Assembly (NCBI GenBank): GCA_023435305.1
Contig: JAEYRV010000027.1
Coordinates: 59,114-123,113, forward strand
Direction: 5' to 3'
DNA: 64,000 nt
Source of the DNA: Bacillota bacterium
Lineage (GTDB): Bacteria; Bacillota; Clostridia; Acetivibrionales; DTU013
Shown here: positions 46,573 to 57,565 of the stretch, one piece after another
Position numbering within the stretch: the first letter of the stretch is position 1
Layout: the number at the start of each line of letters is the position of its first letter
Made by a program: the position numbers and the translations under genes
Notes under the pieces: generated by a model
What the model was told of the DNA's origin: nothing
Databases searched by the model: none
What the model saw: only the letters and a program-made list of their open reading frames with translations

Positions 46573-47664
46573 TTACCGGTACTCGATTTGTTGCTTTTCC
46601 GCCTTATCCAGATATTTTTTTACAAGCAGCGACACCTTGAATATAATGGCATCATCAAAGTTTCTCAGATCCAGGCCGGTTATTTTCTGTATTTTATCCA
46701 GCCTGTACACCAGGGTGTTCCTGTGCACATAAAGCTGTCTGGAGGTTTCACTGACATTGAGGTTGTTTTCGAAGAATTTCTGGATGGTCAGCAGTGTTTC
46801 CTGGTCCAGGGCTTCGAAGGGGCCTTTCTTGAATACCTCCTTCATATAAAGCCTGCACATGGTAGTCGGAAGCTGGAATATGAGCCTTCCTATCCCCAGA
46901 TTGTCATAGTTTATGATCGCCTTGTCACTGTCGAATATGCTTCCTATCTGCAGCGCCGTCTGAGCCTCCTTGTAAGAACGCCCGATATCCCAGACACTAT
47001 CGACGATGGATCCGATCCCTATCTGTGCCTTTACCATGAGCTCTGTATTCAGGGTGTCTATTATTGCTTTGGCGGTTCGATCTATGTCCTTTGTATCATT
47101 TGCATCCTTCAGTTCCTTAATAAGCACTACAGTCTCATCATCGAGAGCTATCACGTAGTCCTTTACCTTCTTCGGGAAAAGGCCGATTATGACCTCATGG
47201 GGCTGAATGTCCCTTAATCTCTCAGTTTTTATAAGGAATACCGAACGGAATGTACTAAAGGGTATATGAAGCTCTTTTGCTTTGATCTGGATATCTCCCG
47301 GCAGTATATTGTCGGTTATGATGTTTTTAAAGAAATTTCCTCTGTCGAATTTTTCCTCGTAATAATTCTTTATATTAGCCACATTTACCGCAAGCATGGA
47401 CAAAAGCTTCTTGCTGTGTTCACCCTCCATTACGGTAAAGACTATGAACTCCAGCCTGTTCTTGATGTATACCTTCTGAAAGATCCATCCGCCGGCCTCG
47501 GTAAACATTCCGACATCATTTGTTATCTCTGAGATGGAAGGATGTGTGGTCCCTGATAAATTCTCATCCGTGCACCCCAGAATAAGTCCGGTCTCGTCCA
47601 TTATACCGAAACTTCCGCTCATGTACTCACGTATCTGGCTGATCAAATTCTGAAATAGTCTCAA
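46573..47664 (-). CDS. PucR/CdaR-family transcriptional regulator
   Basis: The C-terminal PucR HTH reads ETSRQLYVHRNTLVYRLDKIQKITGLDL. An in-frame TTG at 47664 has AGGAGG 7 nt upstream. The track start at 47703 is an unsupported TTG. Confidence 0.8.
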   Translation of the reverse strand: MRLFQNLISQIREYMSGSFGIMDETGLILGCTDENLSGTTHPSISEITNDVGMFTEAGGWIFQKVYIKNRLEFIVFTVMEGEHSKKLLSMLAVNVANIKNYYEEKFDRGNFFKNIITDNILPGDIQIKAKELHIPFSTFRSVFLIKTERLRDIQPHEVIIGLFPKKVKDYVIALDDETVVLIKELKDANDTKDIDRTAKAIIDTLNTELMVKAQIGIGSIVDSVWDIGRSYKEAQTALQIGSIFDSDKAIINYDNLGIGRLIFQLPTTMCRLYMKEVFKKGPFEALDQETLLTIQKFFENNLNVSETSRQLYVHRNTLVYRLDKIQKITGLDLRNFDDAIIFKVSLLVKKYLDKAEKQQIEYR

Positions 47665-47763
47665 ATTTATTCCTCCTGCCGTTATTGGTTTACGGGCAAG
47701 CAAAAATGAGCCGATAAAGCATCATCAAGCTTTATTATACTATATTGAAAATGTATATGGAAT

Positions 47764-47800
47764 AAAAAAAACAGTACTGACTTTTGCCAGCACTGTTTTT
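47764..47800 (-). terminator. intrinsic terminator after msmX (A-run/T-run both sides)
   Basis: AACAGTACTG-acttttgc-CAGCACTGTT has one mismatch and is flanked by A8 and T5. Confidence 0.7.
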
Positions 47801-47814
47801 GTATTAATTTTGAA

Positions 47815-48927
47815 TCAGTTTACTATCGTCTTTTCAGTGTCCTTGTCAAAGAGGTGGACTCTGTTGGTATCGATAGCTATCTTGACTGTATCGCCGGATC
47901 TTGTCTTTGTTCTCGGGTTAACTCTTGCAGTACAGCTCACGCCTTCGATGAACATGTGGAGCAGAGTCTCGGAACCGAGCATTTCAACGACTTCGACATC
48001 AGCGTTGACAATACTGTCAGACATTGACTCGAGGAACTGTTCCTCATCATGCATGCTCTCAGGCCTGATGCCCATAACGACTTCTCTGCCGATATAGTCG
48101 GTGCCTTCGAGTTTCTTTGCCTTGCCTTCGGGCAGCTTGATTTCGTTTTCGCCGAATTTGAGGAATATAGCGTCACCGCGCTTGTCGATAGTAACGTTGA
48201 TGAAGTTCATCTGCGGGCTGCCTATGAAGCCTGCAACGAACATGTTGACCGGTCTGTCATAAAGTGAGGTCGGAGTATCGACCTGCTGTACGAAGCCGTC
48301 CTTCATAACAACGATCCTGGTACCCATCGTCATAGCTTCGGTCTGGTCATGTGTAACGTAAATGAACGTAGTATTCAGTTTCTGATGGAGCTTGGTGATC
48401 TCAAGTCTCATCTGTACTCTCAGCTTAGCATCGAGGTTTGAGAGAGGTTCGTCCATAAGGAATACCTTAGGGTCACGGACTATAGCACGGCCGAGGGCAA
48501 CCCTCTGCCTCTGTCCGCCTGACAGAGCCTTTGGCTTTCTGTCGAGCAGGTGCTCTATCTCGAGGATTTTTGCAGCTTCATGAACTCTCTTCTTTATATC
48601 TTCCTTAGGAGTCTTTCTGAGCTTAAGGCCGAAAGCCATATTGTCGAAAACGGTCATATGCGGATACAATGCGTAGTTCTGGAAAACCATTGCTATGTCT
48701 CTGTCTTTTGGCTGTACGTCATTGACAAGTCTGTCGCCGATGTACACTTCGCCCTCGGAGATCTCTTCAAGACCGGCAACCATTCTGAGCGTTGTTGTCT
48801 TACCGCAGCCGGAAGGTCCAACGAGGATAATGAATTCCTTGTCTTCAATGTCCAGATTAAAGTCGCTTACAGCTGTAACACCGCCATCATACCTCTTGTA
48901 CACATTTTTTAATTTTACGCTTGCCAT
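47815..48927 (-). CDS. msmX: sugar ABC transporter ATP-binding protein, MsmX/MalK/UgpC family (orphan ATPase)
   Basis: [23 protein letters not shown] and a C-terminal TOBE-like domain support the call. No permease or binding-protein genes lie adjacent. The RBS is GGGAGG. Confidence 0.85.
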   Translation of the reverse strand: MASVKLKNVYKRYDGGVTAVSDFNLDIEDKEFIILVGPSGCGKTTTLRMVAGLEEISEGEVYIGDRLVNDVQPKDRDIAMVFQNYALYPHMTVFDNMAFGLKLRKTPKEDIKKRVHEAAKILEIEHLLDRKPKALSGGQRQRVALGRAIVRDPKVFLMDEPLSNLDAKLRVQMRLEITKLHQKLNTTFIYVTHDQTEAMTMGTRIVVMKDGFVQQVDTPTSLYDRPVNMFVAGFIGSPQMNFINVTIDKRGDAIFLKFGENEIKLPEGKAKKLEGTDYIGREVVMGIRPESMHDEEQFLESMSDSIVNADVEVVEMLGSETLLHMFIEGVSCTARVNPRTKTRSGDTVKIAIDTNRVHLFDKDTEKTIVN

Positions 48928-49068
48928 TTTTTACCTCCCAAATATAGATACGGTTTTATATACTTTATTACTAATATACCATGCCTTATTTTTTTCAACT
49001 AGTATACAATTCACCAAATTTAAAAAACGGTATTTAGTAACTTTGCATAATGAACAGCAGTAAAAATG

Positions 49069-49116
49069 TTGCATTATTATGCATTCGGATGTATAATTAT
49101 GAGCATATATTCATGG
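49069..49116 (+). promoter_or_regulatory. argC promoter with overlapping candidate ArgR (ARG-box) operators
   Basis: TTGCAT (49069-74), a 17-nt spacer, then TATAAT (49092-97). Overlapping AT-rich palindromic elements are TGCATTATTATGCA, ATGTATAATTATGAGCAT and TGAGCATATATTCAT. These resemble the ARG-box half-site TGAAT/TGCAT...ATTCA/ATGCA. Confidence 0.5.
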
Positions 49117-49207
49117 TATTATTATATGTAGACAATTAATACATGCTCTAAATCATGACATTATTCGCTAAAATGCCATGGCAGAAAGCAGCGGAAGGGA
49201 GAGGTTT

Positions 49208-50158
49208 ATGTCTTATAAAGTATTCGTAGACGGCCAGGAGGGAACCACAGGTCTGCAGATAAATGAACGCCTGGCTCGGCGTGATGATATAGAACTGTTG
49301 AAGATCGACCCTGAAAAAAGAAAAGATATTATAGAAAGAAAAAAATTAATAAGCGAGGCTGACATAGTCTTCCTTTGTCTGCCCGACGATGCTGCAAGGG
49401 AGTCGGTTGCTCTTGCCGAAGGCAGCAAGGCCAGGATCATTGACGCAAGCACTGCGCACCGCACGAATGATGCATGGGCATACGGTTTTCCCGAACTGAG
49501 CAGCGCCCACCGCGAAAGAATAAAGAGCGCCTCAAGGGTATCCGTGCCAGGCTGTTACGCAACGGGCTTCAATTCCATGTTATATCCGCTGATAAAGGCG
49601 CAGATCGTGCCTTCCGATTATCCTGTGACCTGCCACGCAGTATCAGGCTATAGCGGCGGCGGAAAAAAGCGCATTGCTGAATATGCATCCGCCGACCCTG
49701 CTGACGAAGCCATTAGGAGTCCAAGATTTTATGCACTTTCACTAAAGCACAAGCACATACCGGAAATGCAGAAGATCTCGGGTCTCAGCCAGCCGCCTCT
49801 TTTCACTCCGATCATCGGACCCTATTACAAGGGCATGACGGTTGCAGTTCCTCTTTATGCAGGGATGCTTAATAAAATGAAAAGCGCCGAAGCTGTTTCC
49901 GATTTTTTCTCTTCATATTATAAGGATCAGCGCTTTATAAAGGTTTATCCCTTTGGCTCTGACGGAGGCATCATTGACGGCTTTCTGGACGCTACCGGCT
50001 GTAATGATACAAATATCCTCGAAATATATGTTGCCGGGAATGATGAACATATCCTCCTGACCGCAAGACTCGACAACCTTGGCAAAGGCGCATCGGGCGC
50101 CGCTGTCCAGTGTATGAATATCATGCTGGGTATTGATGAATCTGTCGGACTGGAATAA
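49208..50158 (+). CDS. argC: N-acetyl-gamma-glutamyl-phosphate reductase (short, type-2 form)
   Basis: VFVDGQEGTTGLQI and the catalytic PGCYATG motif are present in a ~316-aa form. ATG 49208 follows GGGAGAGG. Confidence 0.9.
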   Translation: MSYKVFVDGQEGTTGLQINERLARRDDIELLKIDPEKRKDIIERKKLISEADIVFLCLPDDAARESVALAEGSKARIIDASTAHRTNDAWAYGFPELSSAHRERIKSASRVSVPGCYATGFNSMLYPLIKAQIVPSDYPVTCHAVSGYSGGGKKRIAEYASADPADEAIRSPRFYALSLKHKHIPEMQKISGLSQPPLFTPIIGPYYKGMTVAVPLYAGMLNKMKSAEAVSDFFSSYYKDQRFIKVYPFGSDGGIIDGFLDATGCNDTNILEIYVAGNDEHILLTARLDNLGKGASGAAVQCMNIMLGIDESVGLE

Positions 50159-50181
50159 AATATTGATTAATGGAGGTCATA

Positions 50182-51075
50182 ATGGAAACCATCATCAAAA
50201 AGGCTGAGATACTGATAGAGGCTCTTCCTTACATACAAAAGCTGCATGGCAAGACCGTCGTCATAAAATACGGCGGCAACGCAATGATCAATGAGGAGCT
50301 TAAGAACTCCGTAATGGAAGATATCACGCTTCTGAAATATATAGGACTAAATCCGGTAGTGGTCCATGGCGGAGGGCCGGACATCAACAAGATGCTCGAA
50401 CGCCTGGATATCAAAAGTGAGTTTGTAAATGGTCTGCGCGTCACCGACAAGGAGACTATGGAAGTGGCCCAGATGGTCCTTATAGGAAAGACTAACAAGG
50501 AAATCGTATCTCTGATCAACCAGAACGGCGGAAAGGCCATCGGCCTTTGTGGTATAGACGGCAATATCCTGGAGTGCGAGCAGTACAAAACGGCCATTGA
50601 CGGCGTCGAAACAGACATCGGTCAGGTTGGCCGGATCACCAAAGTCAACTCCGCCGTGCTGGAGTTCATGGCAAAGGATGAGTACATCCCGGTGGTGGCT
50701 CCTATTGGCATCGGCAGCGACGGCCGCAGCTACAATATAAACGCAGATACCGTGGCAGGTGAGGTAGCAATAGCGCTTAAGGCGGAAAAGCTGATGCTCC
50801 TGACTGATGTGGAAGGCGTGAAGGGCAATGATGGTATATTGCATGCCCTGACAGCGGCAGAGGCCCATGACCTCATTGACAGAAAGGTCATCAACGGCGG
50901 TATGATCCCGAAGGTGCTCGGATGCCTGGAAGCTCTGGACAAAGGCGTGGGAAGGACTCATATAATCGACGGCAGGATCCCTCACTGCATACTGCTTGAA
51001 ATATTCACAAACAAGGGCATAGGTACCATGATAATGAAGGAAAAGGTTCTTTATTTCGACAAAGAAAATCTATAA
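50182..51075 (+). CDS. argB: acetylglutamate kinase
   Basis: [17 protein letters not shown] and NINADT motifs are present. ATG 50182 lies 6 nt after GGAGG. ATG 50170 lies inside that RBS. Confidence 0.9.
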   Translation: METIIKKAEILIEALPYIQKLHGKTVVIKYGGNAMINEELKNSVMEDITLLKYIGLNPVVVHGGGPDINKMLERLDIKSEFVNGLRVTDKETMEVAQMVLIGKTNKEIVSLINQNGGKAIGLCGIDGNILECEQYKTAIDGVETDIGQVGRITKVNSAVLEFMAKDEYIPVVAPIGIGSDGRSYNINADTVAGEVAIALKAEKLMLLTDVEGVKGNDGILHALTAAEAHDLIDRKVINGGMIPKVLGCLEALDKGVGRTHIIDGRIPHCILLEIFTNKGIGTMIMKEKVLYFDKENL

Positions 51076-51120
51076 AAATTTTCCTATGGAATTTGTGTGT
51101 TTTAATTAACAATTACAGGT

Positions 51121-51153
51121 ATCCATCCGATATACTATCGGATGGATTTTTTT
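51121..51153 (+). terminator. strong intrinsic terminator between argB and the PilZ gene
   Basis: A perfect 12-bp stem ATCCATCCGATA-tac-TATCGGATGGAT is followed by T7. It ends 2-6 nt before the AGGGGG RBS of the next gene. Confidence 0.85.
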
Positions 51154-51158
51154 AGGGG

Positions 51159-51824
51159 GTGATCGGATTGAATGCCTCATATATTCCGGCTGTACTGAAG
51201 CAAGGCATGATGGTAGGCGTACGCATCGGGCAGGATTCCCAATGGCACGGCAATATCGTCTACGGAGTGACCGGCAATGTTATACGCATTGCATATCTGG
51301 AAAAATTCATAAAGCAATATGCCGAACCTGAGTGTCCGGTTTGGGTCAAATATTCAAATGACTATTTTATCTACTATTTCTATGGCAAGGTGAAAAGAAT
51401 AGGCGCCGAGTCCCCCAAATACATCATGGTCGCACTTGAGAACGCCGAAGAAATGATAAACAACAGACTTTACCCCCGTTATGATGTCCGTCTCGAGGCA
51501 ACTCTCCGTCCGCTCTGGGACGACGAAACCTATAAGTGCGTTATAACAGACCTTTCATACGGCGGCGCCGCCTTCGAATGTGAGCACAAATTTGACGGCA
51601 ATGAAAATATAGAAATGGTGATACACCTGCCGGAATGCGAGCCTGCCAAGGTGACAGGAAAGGTCCTGAGACGCAGATGCACCAATGGCATTATCGCCGA
51701 TCATGCAGCACAGTTTATAGAATGTGACAATATAAGCAACAAACAGCTTTCAAATTATTTCAACAAACTGGAAAACGAGGCCTCGGAAATATACGATCGG
51801 TACATGGATAATGAAAATAAATAA
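51159..51824 (+). CDS. YcgR-like PilZ domain protein (predicted c-di-GMP receptor)
   Basis: The PilZ motifs are RLYPR (RxxxR) and DLSYGG (D/NxSxxG). A ~110-aa N-terminal PilZN-like domain precedes them. The start is either GTG 51159 or TTG 51168, and the latter lies 8 nt after AGGGGG. Confidence 0.8.
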   Translation: MIGLNASYIPAVLKQGMMVGVRIGQDSQWHGNIVYGVTGNVIRIAYLEKFIKQYAEPECPVWVKYSNDYFIYYFYGKVKRIGAESPKYIMVALENAEEMINNRLYPRYDVRLEATLRPLWDDETYKCVITDLSYGGAAFECEHKFDGNENIEMVIHLPECEPAKVTGKVLRRRCTNGIIADHAAQFIECDNISNKQLSNYFNKLENEASEIYDRYMDNENK

Positions 51825-51844
51825 TTCAGTATATAATAATATTT

Positions 51845-51873
51845 ATAAAGAGGCGTAATGCCTTTATTTTTTG
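51845..51873 (+). terminator. weak intrinsic terminator after the PilZ gene
   Basis: AAAGAGGC-gtaat-GCCTTTAT is an imperfect stem followed by T6. Confidence 0.45.
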
Positions 51874-51912
51874 TTGCATTTTTATACATTGCATTGTATA
51901 ATTATGAATAAA
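51874..51912 (+). promoter_or_regulatory. argD promoter with candidate ARG boxes (paralogous to the argC module)
   Basis: TTGCAT (51874-79), a 17-nt spacer, then TATAAT (51897-902). The string TTGCATTTTTATACATTGCATTGTATAATTATGAATA is closely similar to the argC promoter. Confidence 0.5.
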
Positions 51913-51950
51913 ATAAATTTAAGTGTCACGGATAAAGAGGAGTTGATTTT

Positions 51951-53150
51951 ATGGATCTCCATGAGATAATGGATATGGATTCCAAATACTATATGAATAC
52001 CTTCGGCGCCAGGACACAGGTGTGTTTTGACCACGGCAAGGGCATGAAGCTCTATGATGGCCTGGGCCGCCAATACTACGACTTTTTAGGCGGCATTGCC
52101 GTAAACGCTCTGGGATATGGTCATCCGGCACTGGTTCAGGCTGTCAGTTCTCAGGCAGAAAAGCTAATGCACTGCTCAAACCTGTATTACATAGAATCTC
52201 AGGCCAGGCTTGCGAAAATGCTGGTCGAAAACTCCTGCGCTGACCGTGTCTTCTTTGCAAACAGCGGCGCCGAGGCTAATGAAGGTGCCATCAAGCTTGC
52301 CAGGATCTATTTCAAGAAAAAGGAAATGCCCCAGAAGTATGGCATCATAACACTTAAGAACTCATTCCATGGCAGGACGCTTACAACAGTGGCCGCCACG
52401 GGACAGGAAAAATATCAGAAGCCCTATGCACCATTGATCCCGGGCTTCAAGCATGTTCTCATAAATGACCTCGATGCCCTCAGTGCGGCTGTGGACAGTG
52501 AGACCTGTGCAATAATGCTTGAGCTTGTCCAGGGAGAAAGCGGAGTAAACCCGCTGGATGCAGACTATGTAAGAGCTGTACGCAAAATGTGTGATGAGAA
52601 GGATCTGCTGCTGATCTTTGACGAGATCCAGACAGGAATGGGCAGGACCGGTAAGCTTTTTGCATACGAGAATTACGAAGTAGAGCCCGACATATTCACA
52701 CTGGCCAAAGCACTGGCCGGCGGCGTTCCTATCGGAGCTGTGTGCGCAAAGGAAAATGTGGCACAGGCCTTCGCTCCGGGAGACCACGGCTCCACCTTCG
52801 GAGGCAATCCTCTGGCATGCGCCGCGGGACTTGCCGTTATGCAAACCATAATGGCGGAGGGCCTGCTTGCAAATGCCGAAAAAATGGGCAGTTATCTTAA
52901 GGAAAAGCTGCTTGTATTGAAAAATAAGCTCGATATCATCACAGAGGTCCGCGGTCTTGGTTTGATGATCGGTATCGAACTGGGGCAGCAAAAAGCTCTG
53001 GAAGTGAAAAACAAGCTGTTTGAGAAGGGCTTCCTCGTGGGCAGCGTCGGTACGGCTGTTATAAGGCTGCTGCCTCCGTTGATCATAGCAGAGGGCGACA
53101 TAGATGTATTTGTAAAAGCTTTGGAAGAAGTACTTATATCAATGAAATAA
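51951..53150 (+). CDS. argD: acetylornithine aminotransferase
   Basis: Class-III aminotransferase motifs are present: FANSGAEANE, DEIQTGMGRTG and TLAKALAGG (PLP lysine). The RBS is AAAGAGGAG. Confidence 0.9.
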   Translation: MDLHEIMDMDSKYYMNTFGARTQVCFDHGKGMKLYDGLGRQYYDFLGGIAVNALGYGHPALVQAVSSQAEKLMHCSNLYYIESQARLAKMLVENSCADRVFFANSGAEANEGAIKLARIYFKKKEMPQKYGIITLKNSFHGRTLTTVAATGQEKYQKPYAPLIPGFKHVLINDLDALSAAVDSETCAIMLELVQGESGVNPLDADYVRAVRKMCDEKDLLLIFDEIQTGMGRTGKLFAYENYEVEPDIFTLAKALAGGVPIGAVCAKENVAQAFAPGDHGSTFGGNPLACAAGLAVMQTIMAEGLLANAEKMGSYLKEKLLVLKNKLDIITEVRGLGLMIGIELGQQKALEVKNKLFEKGFLVGSVGTAVIRLLPPLIIAEGDIDVFVKALEEVLISMK

Positions 53151-53171
53151 AAGTGTAAAAGGAGTGCATAT

Positions 53172-54227
53172 ATGAAATCAGTATTGGTTCTTGAGGATGG
53201 AACGTATTTCCCCGGTCTGGGTTTTGGAGCAAGCGGTGAAACTGTGGGCGAAGTAGTATTTAATACATGTATGACAGGTTACCAGGAAATCACTACCGAC
53301 CCCTCATATAACGGTCAGATAGTAACAATGACATATCCGCTTATCGGTAACTATGGGTTCAACACTGAAGACAACGAGTCTTCCAAAACTCATGTCCAGG
53401 GCTTTATAGTAAAGGAGCTCTGCGAGTATCCCAACAACTGGCGATGTTCAATAGGTACGGATGAGTATTTTAAGAAAAACAACATCATCGGTCTCAAAGG
53501 CATCGATACCAGAGCTCTGACACAGCATATCCGAAGCTTCGGAAGCATGTACGGGATAATCTCCACAGAGTGCGGCAATGTAGATGTTTTGCTGGAAAAG
53601 CTCAAGGCAAAAATGCAGGAACCCCGGAATCTGGTAATGGAGGTCACCTCAAAGGAGCCGATCCACATAAAGGGCGAGGGAAAAAGGGTCGTATTGCTGG
53701 ACCTCGGAATGAAGCACAACATAATAAGATATCTGGAGAAACACAATTGTGATATTTACATAATGCCGGCAAATTCCACATTTGAAGACATTATGGCCTG
53801 TGAGCCGGATGGGATCCTCGTTTCCAATGGACCTGGCGACCCGGCCGACCTTGTGGAGCAAAAGGCAGTGCTGCAAAAGCTGATCGGCAAAAAGCCGCTG
53901 TTTGGCATTTGTCTTGGCCACCAGCTGCTGGGACTGGCCCTGGGCGGCACCACCTACAAGCTGAAGTACGGTCACCACGGCGCCAACCATCCTGTCAAGG
54001 ATTTTACGACAGGCAGGTGCTATATAACCTCTCAGAATCACAATTATGCACTGAAGGAAAGCTCCTCCGATGATATTGAAATAATCCAGATCAATGTCAA
54101 TGACAATACCGTCGAAGGCTTCCGGCACAAAAGCCTGCCGGTGCTTGGCGTTCAGTACCATCCTGAAGCCGCTGCCGGTCCAAGGGATTCTTCGTACATA
54201 TTCGATGATTTTATGAAAATGATGTAA
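53172..54227 (+). CDS. carA: carbamoyl-phosphate synthase small (glutaminase) subunit
   Basis: MTGYQE, GICLGHQ (catalytic Cys) and the QYHPE triad support the call. Confidence 0.95.
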   Translation: MKSVLVLEDGTYFPGLGFGASGETVGEVVFNTCMTGYQEITTDPSYNGQIVTMTYPLIGNYGFNTEDNESSKTHVQGFIVKELCEYPNNWRCSIGTDEYFKKNNIIGLKGIDTRALTQHIRSFGSMYGIISTECGNVDVLLEKLKAKMQEPRNLVMEVTSKEPIHIKGEGKRVVLLDLGMKHNIIRYLEKHNCDIYIMPANSTFEDIMACEPDGILVSNGPGDPADLVEQKAVLQKLIGKKPLFGICLGHQLLGLALGGTTYKLKYGHHGANHPVKDFTTGRCYITSQNHNYALKESSSDDIEIIQINVNDNTVEGFRHKSLPVLGVQYHPEAAAGPRDSSYIFDDFMKMM

Positions 54228-54313
54228 AAATGACGGAATAGTATATCAGATATGCAATGCGGCATCAGAGCTTATATTGCTGCATTGCTGTTATGTATGA
54301 TGTGGAGGTATGT

Positions 54314-57300
54314 ATGCCTAAAAGAAATGACATAAAAAAAGTGCTCGTCATAGGATCGGGTCCGATCGTAATAGGCCAGGCAGCCGAATTTGACTATTCA
54401 GGCTCTCAGGCCTGCAAATCCCTGAAGGAAGAGGGAATGGAAGTCGTTCTGGTCAACAGTAATCCGGCAACAATAATGACCGACAGTGAAACCGCTGATA
54501 AGATTTATATAGAGCCCATCACACTGGATTATGTGAAAAAGATAATCGAACGTGAGAAGCCCGATGGCATACTTGCCTCGCTGGGCGGGCAAACAGGCCT
54601 TAACATGGCTGTCCAGCTGTCAGATGACGGTATCCTGGACAGACTCGGAATCGAATTGCTGGGGACCTCCCTGCTCTCGATTAAAAAGGCTGAGGACAGA
54701 GAACTGTTCAAGGAAACCATGCAGAACATAAATGAGAAGGTCCCTCACAGCACGATAGTGACTAATCTCACCGATGCTATAGCATTCGCCGAGTCCGTGG
54801 GCTTCCCTATCATAATCAGGCCGGCGTATACTCTCGGCGGCACAGGCGGCGGTATTGCCGAAAACATGGAGGATTTCAGATATATCTGCGGCAAGGGGCT
54901 GAAGCTCAGCATGATCAATCAGGTCCTGCTGGAGCAAAGCGTTGCAGGCTGGAAGGAAATCGAATTCGAAGTAATGCGCGACGGTTCGGACAACTGCATA
55001 ATCATATGCAGCATGGAAAACTTCGACCCTGTCGGCGTACATACCGGTGACAGTATCGTGGTCGCTCCCTGTCAGACGCTGTCAGACATTGAATACCAGA
55101 TGCTCAGGACCGCATCCATCAAAATAATCCGCGCCCTCGAGATAAAAGGCGGCTGCAATATACAGTTTGCTCTCGACCCCGACAGCTACGAGTACGTTGT
55201 TATAGAGGTAAATCCGAGGGTCAGCCGTTCCAGCGCTTTGGCATCAAAGGCAACAGGCTACCCCATTGCCCGTGTGACTTCAAAGATAGCCATCGGCATG
55301 GACCTGGATGAGATAAGGAACTCCGTCACCCAAAACACTTTTGCCTGTTTCGAGCCTACTATCGATTATATAGTAACAAAAGTGCCCCGCTGGCCCTTCG
55401 ATAAGTTCACCTCCGCGGACCGCTCTCTCGGAACACAGATGAAGGCCACCGGAGAGGTAATGGCTATCGGAAGGACCTTTGAAGAGTCACTTCTCAAGGC
55501 AATCGATTCGCTGGACATAAAGCTCAACTACCAGCTGGGTCTTGAGCTGTTTGACAACAAAACGACTGACGAACTGATCGAGGTTCTCAGATCGCCAAGG
55601 GATGAACGTATCTTCGCGATCTTCAAGGCGCTGCAGAAGGGTATTCCAGTGGAAAAAATCGTCGATATCACCAAGGTCGACAGCTTCTTCATCCACAAGC
55701 TGCAAAATATAGTCCAGGTTGCAGAAGATGTCACAAATGCAGGAATCGCATGGCTTGACTACGACCTGTATATGCGCGCAAAAAAGATCGGCTTTGGCGA
55801 TTCATACATAGCTAACCTGGTAAATGTACCGGTGGATACAATACTGGACCTCCGGCAGAAATATCCCATAAATCCGGTATATAAGATAGTTGACACCTGT
55901 GCCGGAGAATTTGAGGCAGTGACGCCCTACTACTATTCCACCTATGAAGAGCACGATGATGTTATCGTCTCCGACAGGAAGAAGGTACTGGTAATAGGCT
56001 CGGGCCCCATCAGGATAGGTCAGGGTATAGAGTTTGACTACTGCAGTGTGCATTCCGTCAGGACTCTTAAAGAACTTGGAATAGAATCGATCATCATAAA
56101 CAACAACCCGGAAACCGTCAGCACGGATTTTGACACCTCTGACAAGCTCTATTTCGAGCCGCTGACAAAGGAATGCGTACTGGATATAATAGAAAAGGAA
56201 AACCCCGAAGGAATAATCGTCCAGTTTGGAGGCCAGACTGCCATCAACCTGGCTGAGACGCTTCACAAGGAAGGCATAAAAATACTCGGCACCTCTGTTG
56301 AAAGCATCGACATTGCAGAGGACAGGGATAAATTCCTGAAGCTCCTCGATGAGCTTGACATACCGATACCGGAAGGAAGCACTGCATATTCGGTCAAAGA
56401 AGCGCTGGCCATTGGCAATCGGATCGGCTACCCCGTATTAGTCAGACCCTCCTATGTCCTTGGCGGAAGAGCTATGGAGATAGTATACAATGACAAGTCA
56501 CTGGAAGAATACATGAGGATGGCAGTCGGGCTGTCAAAGAAGCATCCGGTGCTGATCGACAAGTATATAAACGGTACCGAAGCTGAAGTCGATGGTATAT
56601 GCGACGGTGAGGATGTCCTTATCCCGGGTATATTCCAGCATATCGAACGAGCAGGCGTCCATTCCGGCGACAGTATTGCAGTCTATCCCCCGCACACGCT
56701 GTCACAGGAGGTAAAGAACACCATAACAGATTATACTGTCAGGCTGGCAAAAGCCTTGAAGACAGTGGGCCTGTTTAACATACAGTTTGTCATCGATTCG
56801 GACAATAAGGTCTATGTCATCGAAGTCAATCCCAGGGCAAGCCGTACTATCCCGATAATGAGCAAGATAACCGGCATCCCAATGGTGAATGTCGCAACAA
56901 AGCTCATAATGGGCAGCAAGCTGAGAGAGCTCGGCTATGAGCCCGGTCTGGCAAAGGAAACGGAGTTCACAGCTGTCAAAGCGCCTGTATTCTCATTTGC
57001 CAAGCTCACTACGGTAGATACGTTCCTCAGCCCGGAAATGAAGTCCACAGGCGAAGTCATGGGTGTCGATAAAACTTACCGTCAGGCGCTGTACAAGGCT
57101 TTTATCGCCTCAGGGCTGTCAATACCAAGAGACGGCAGTGTCCTGATAGCTGCAGGCGAAAGAGATAAGGAGGACTGTCTTGTTATCTCATCAAGGTTCA
57201 GCAAGCTCGGCTTCAAGCTGATGGCAGTTGAAGATACCTACGGTTATCTTTCCGACGCCGGCCTTGCCGTAGAGCTGATTTCCGAGGCAAACATCCTTGA

Positions 57301-57529
57301 TTATATTAAAAACGACAAAGTGTCGCTGGTCATCAGCACACCTGCAAAGGAAGGCATACCGGGAAGACTGGGCTTCTCCATCAGGAGGACCTCAATGGAA
57401 TACAATACTCCCTGCCTTACATCACTTGACACTACCAACGCAATGCTTGACGTACTTGAGCATCTGTCCAATAACGGCGATGCAGAGATATATGCACTGG
57501 ATGAATATTCCCATAAACCCGTGATATAA
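54314..57529 (+). CDS. carB: carbamoyl-phosphate synthase large subunit
   Basis: [30 protein letters not shown] is followed by duplicated ATP-grasp halves and a C-terminal MGS-like domain. ATG 54314 lies 5 nt after GGAGG. The track start at 54257 is an extension. Confidence 0.95.
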   Translation: MPKRNDIKKVLVIGSGPIVIGQAAEFDYSGSQACKSLKEEGMEVVLVNSNPATIMTDSETADKIYIEPITLDYVKKIIEREKPDGILASLGGQTGLNMAVQLSDDGILDRLGIELLGTSLLSIKKAEDRELFKETMQNINEKVPHSTIVTNLTDAIAFAESVGFPIIIRPAYTLGGTGGGIAENMEDFRYICGKGLKLSMINQVLLEQSVAGWKEIEFEVMRDGSDNCIIICSMENFDPVGVHTGDSIVVAPCQTLSDIEYQMLRTASIKIIRALEIKGGCNIQFALDPDSYEYVVIEVNPRVSRSSALASKATGYPIARVTSKIAIGMDLDEIRNSVTQNTFACFEPTIDYIVTKVPRWPFDKFTSADRSLGTQMKATGEVMAIGRTFEESLLKAIDSLDIKLNYQLGLELFDNKTTDELIEVLRSPRDERIFAIFKALQKGIPVEKIVDITKVDSFFIHKLQNIVQVAEDVTNAGIAWLDYDLYMRAKKIGFGDSYIANLVNVPVDTILDLRQKYPINPVYKIVDTCAGEFEAVTPYYYSTYEEHDDVIVSDRKKVLVIGSGPIRIGQGIEFDYCSVHSVRTLKELGIESIIINNNPETVSTDFDTSDKLYFEPLTKECVLDIIEKENPEGIIVQFGGQTAINLAETLHKEGIKILGTSVESIDIAEDRDKFLKLLDELDIPIPEGSTAYSVKEALAIGNRIGYPVLVRPSYVLGGRAMEIVYNDKSLEEYMRMAVGLSKKHPVLIDKYINGTEAEVDGICDGEDVLIPGIFQHIERAGVHSGDSIAVYPPHTLSQEVKNTITDYTVRLAKALKTVGLFNIQFVIDSDNKVYVIEVNPRASRTIPIMSKITGIPMVNVATKLIMGSKLRELGYEPGLAKETEFTAVKAPVFSFAKLTTVDTFLSPEMKSTGEVMGVDKTYRQALYKAFIASGLSIPRDGSVLIAAGERDKEDCLVISSRFSKLGFKLMAVEDTYGYLSDAGLAVELISEANILDYIKNDKVSLVISTPAKEGIPGRLGFSIRRTSMEYNTPCLTSLDTTNAMLDVLEHLSNNGDAEIYALDEYSHKPVI

Positions 57530-57565
57530 GCAAAACCGGGAAGTAATCAGAAAGGAAGATAAGCA

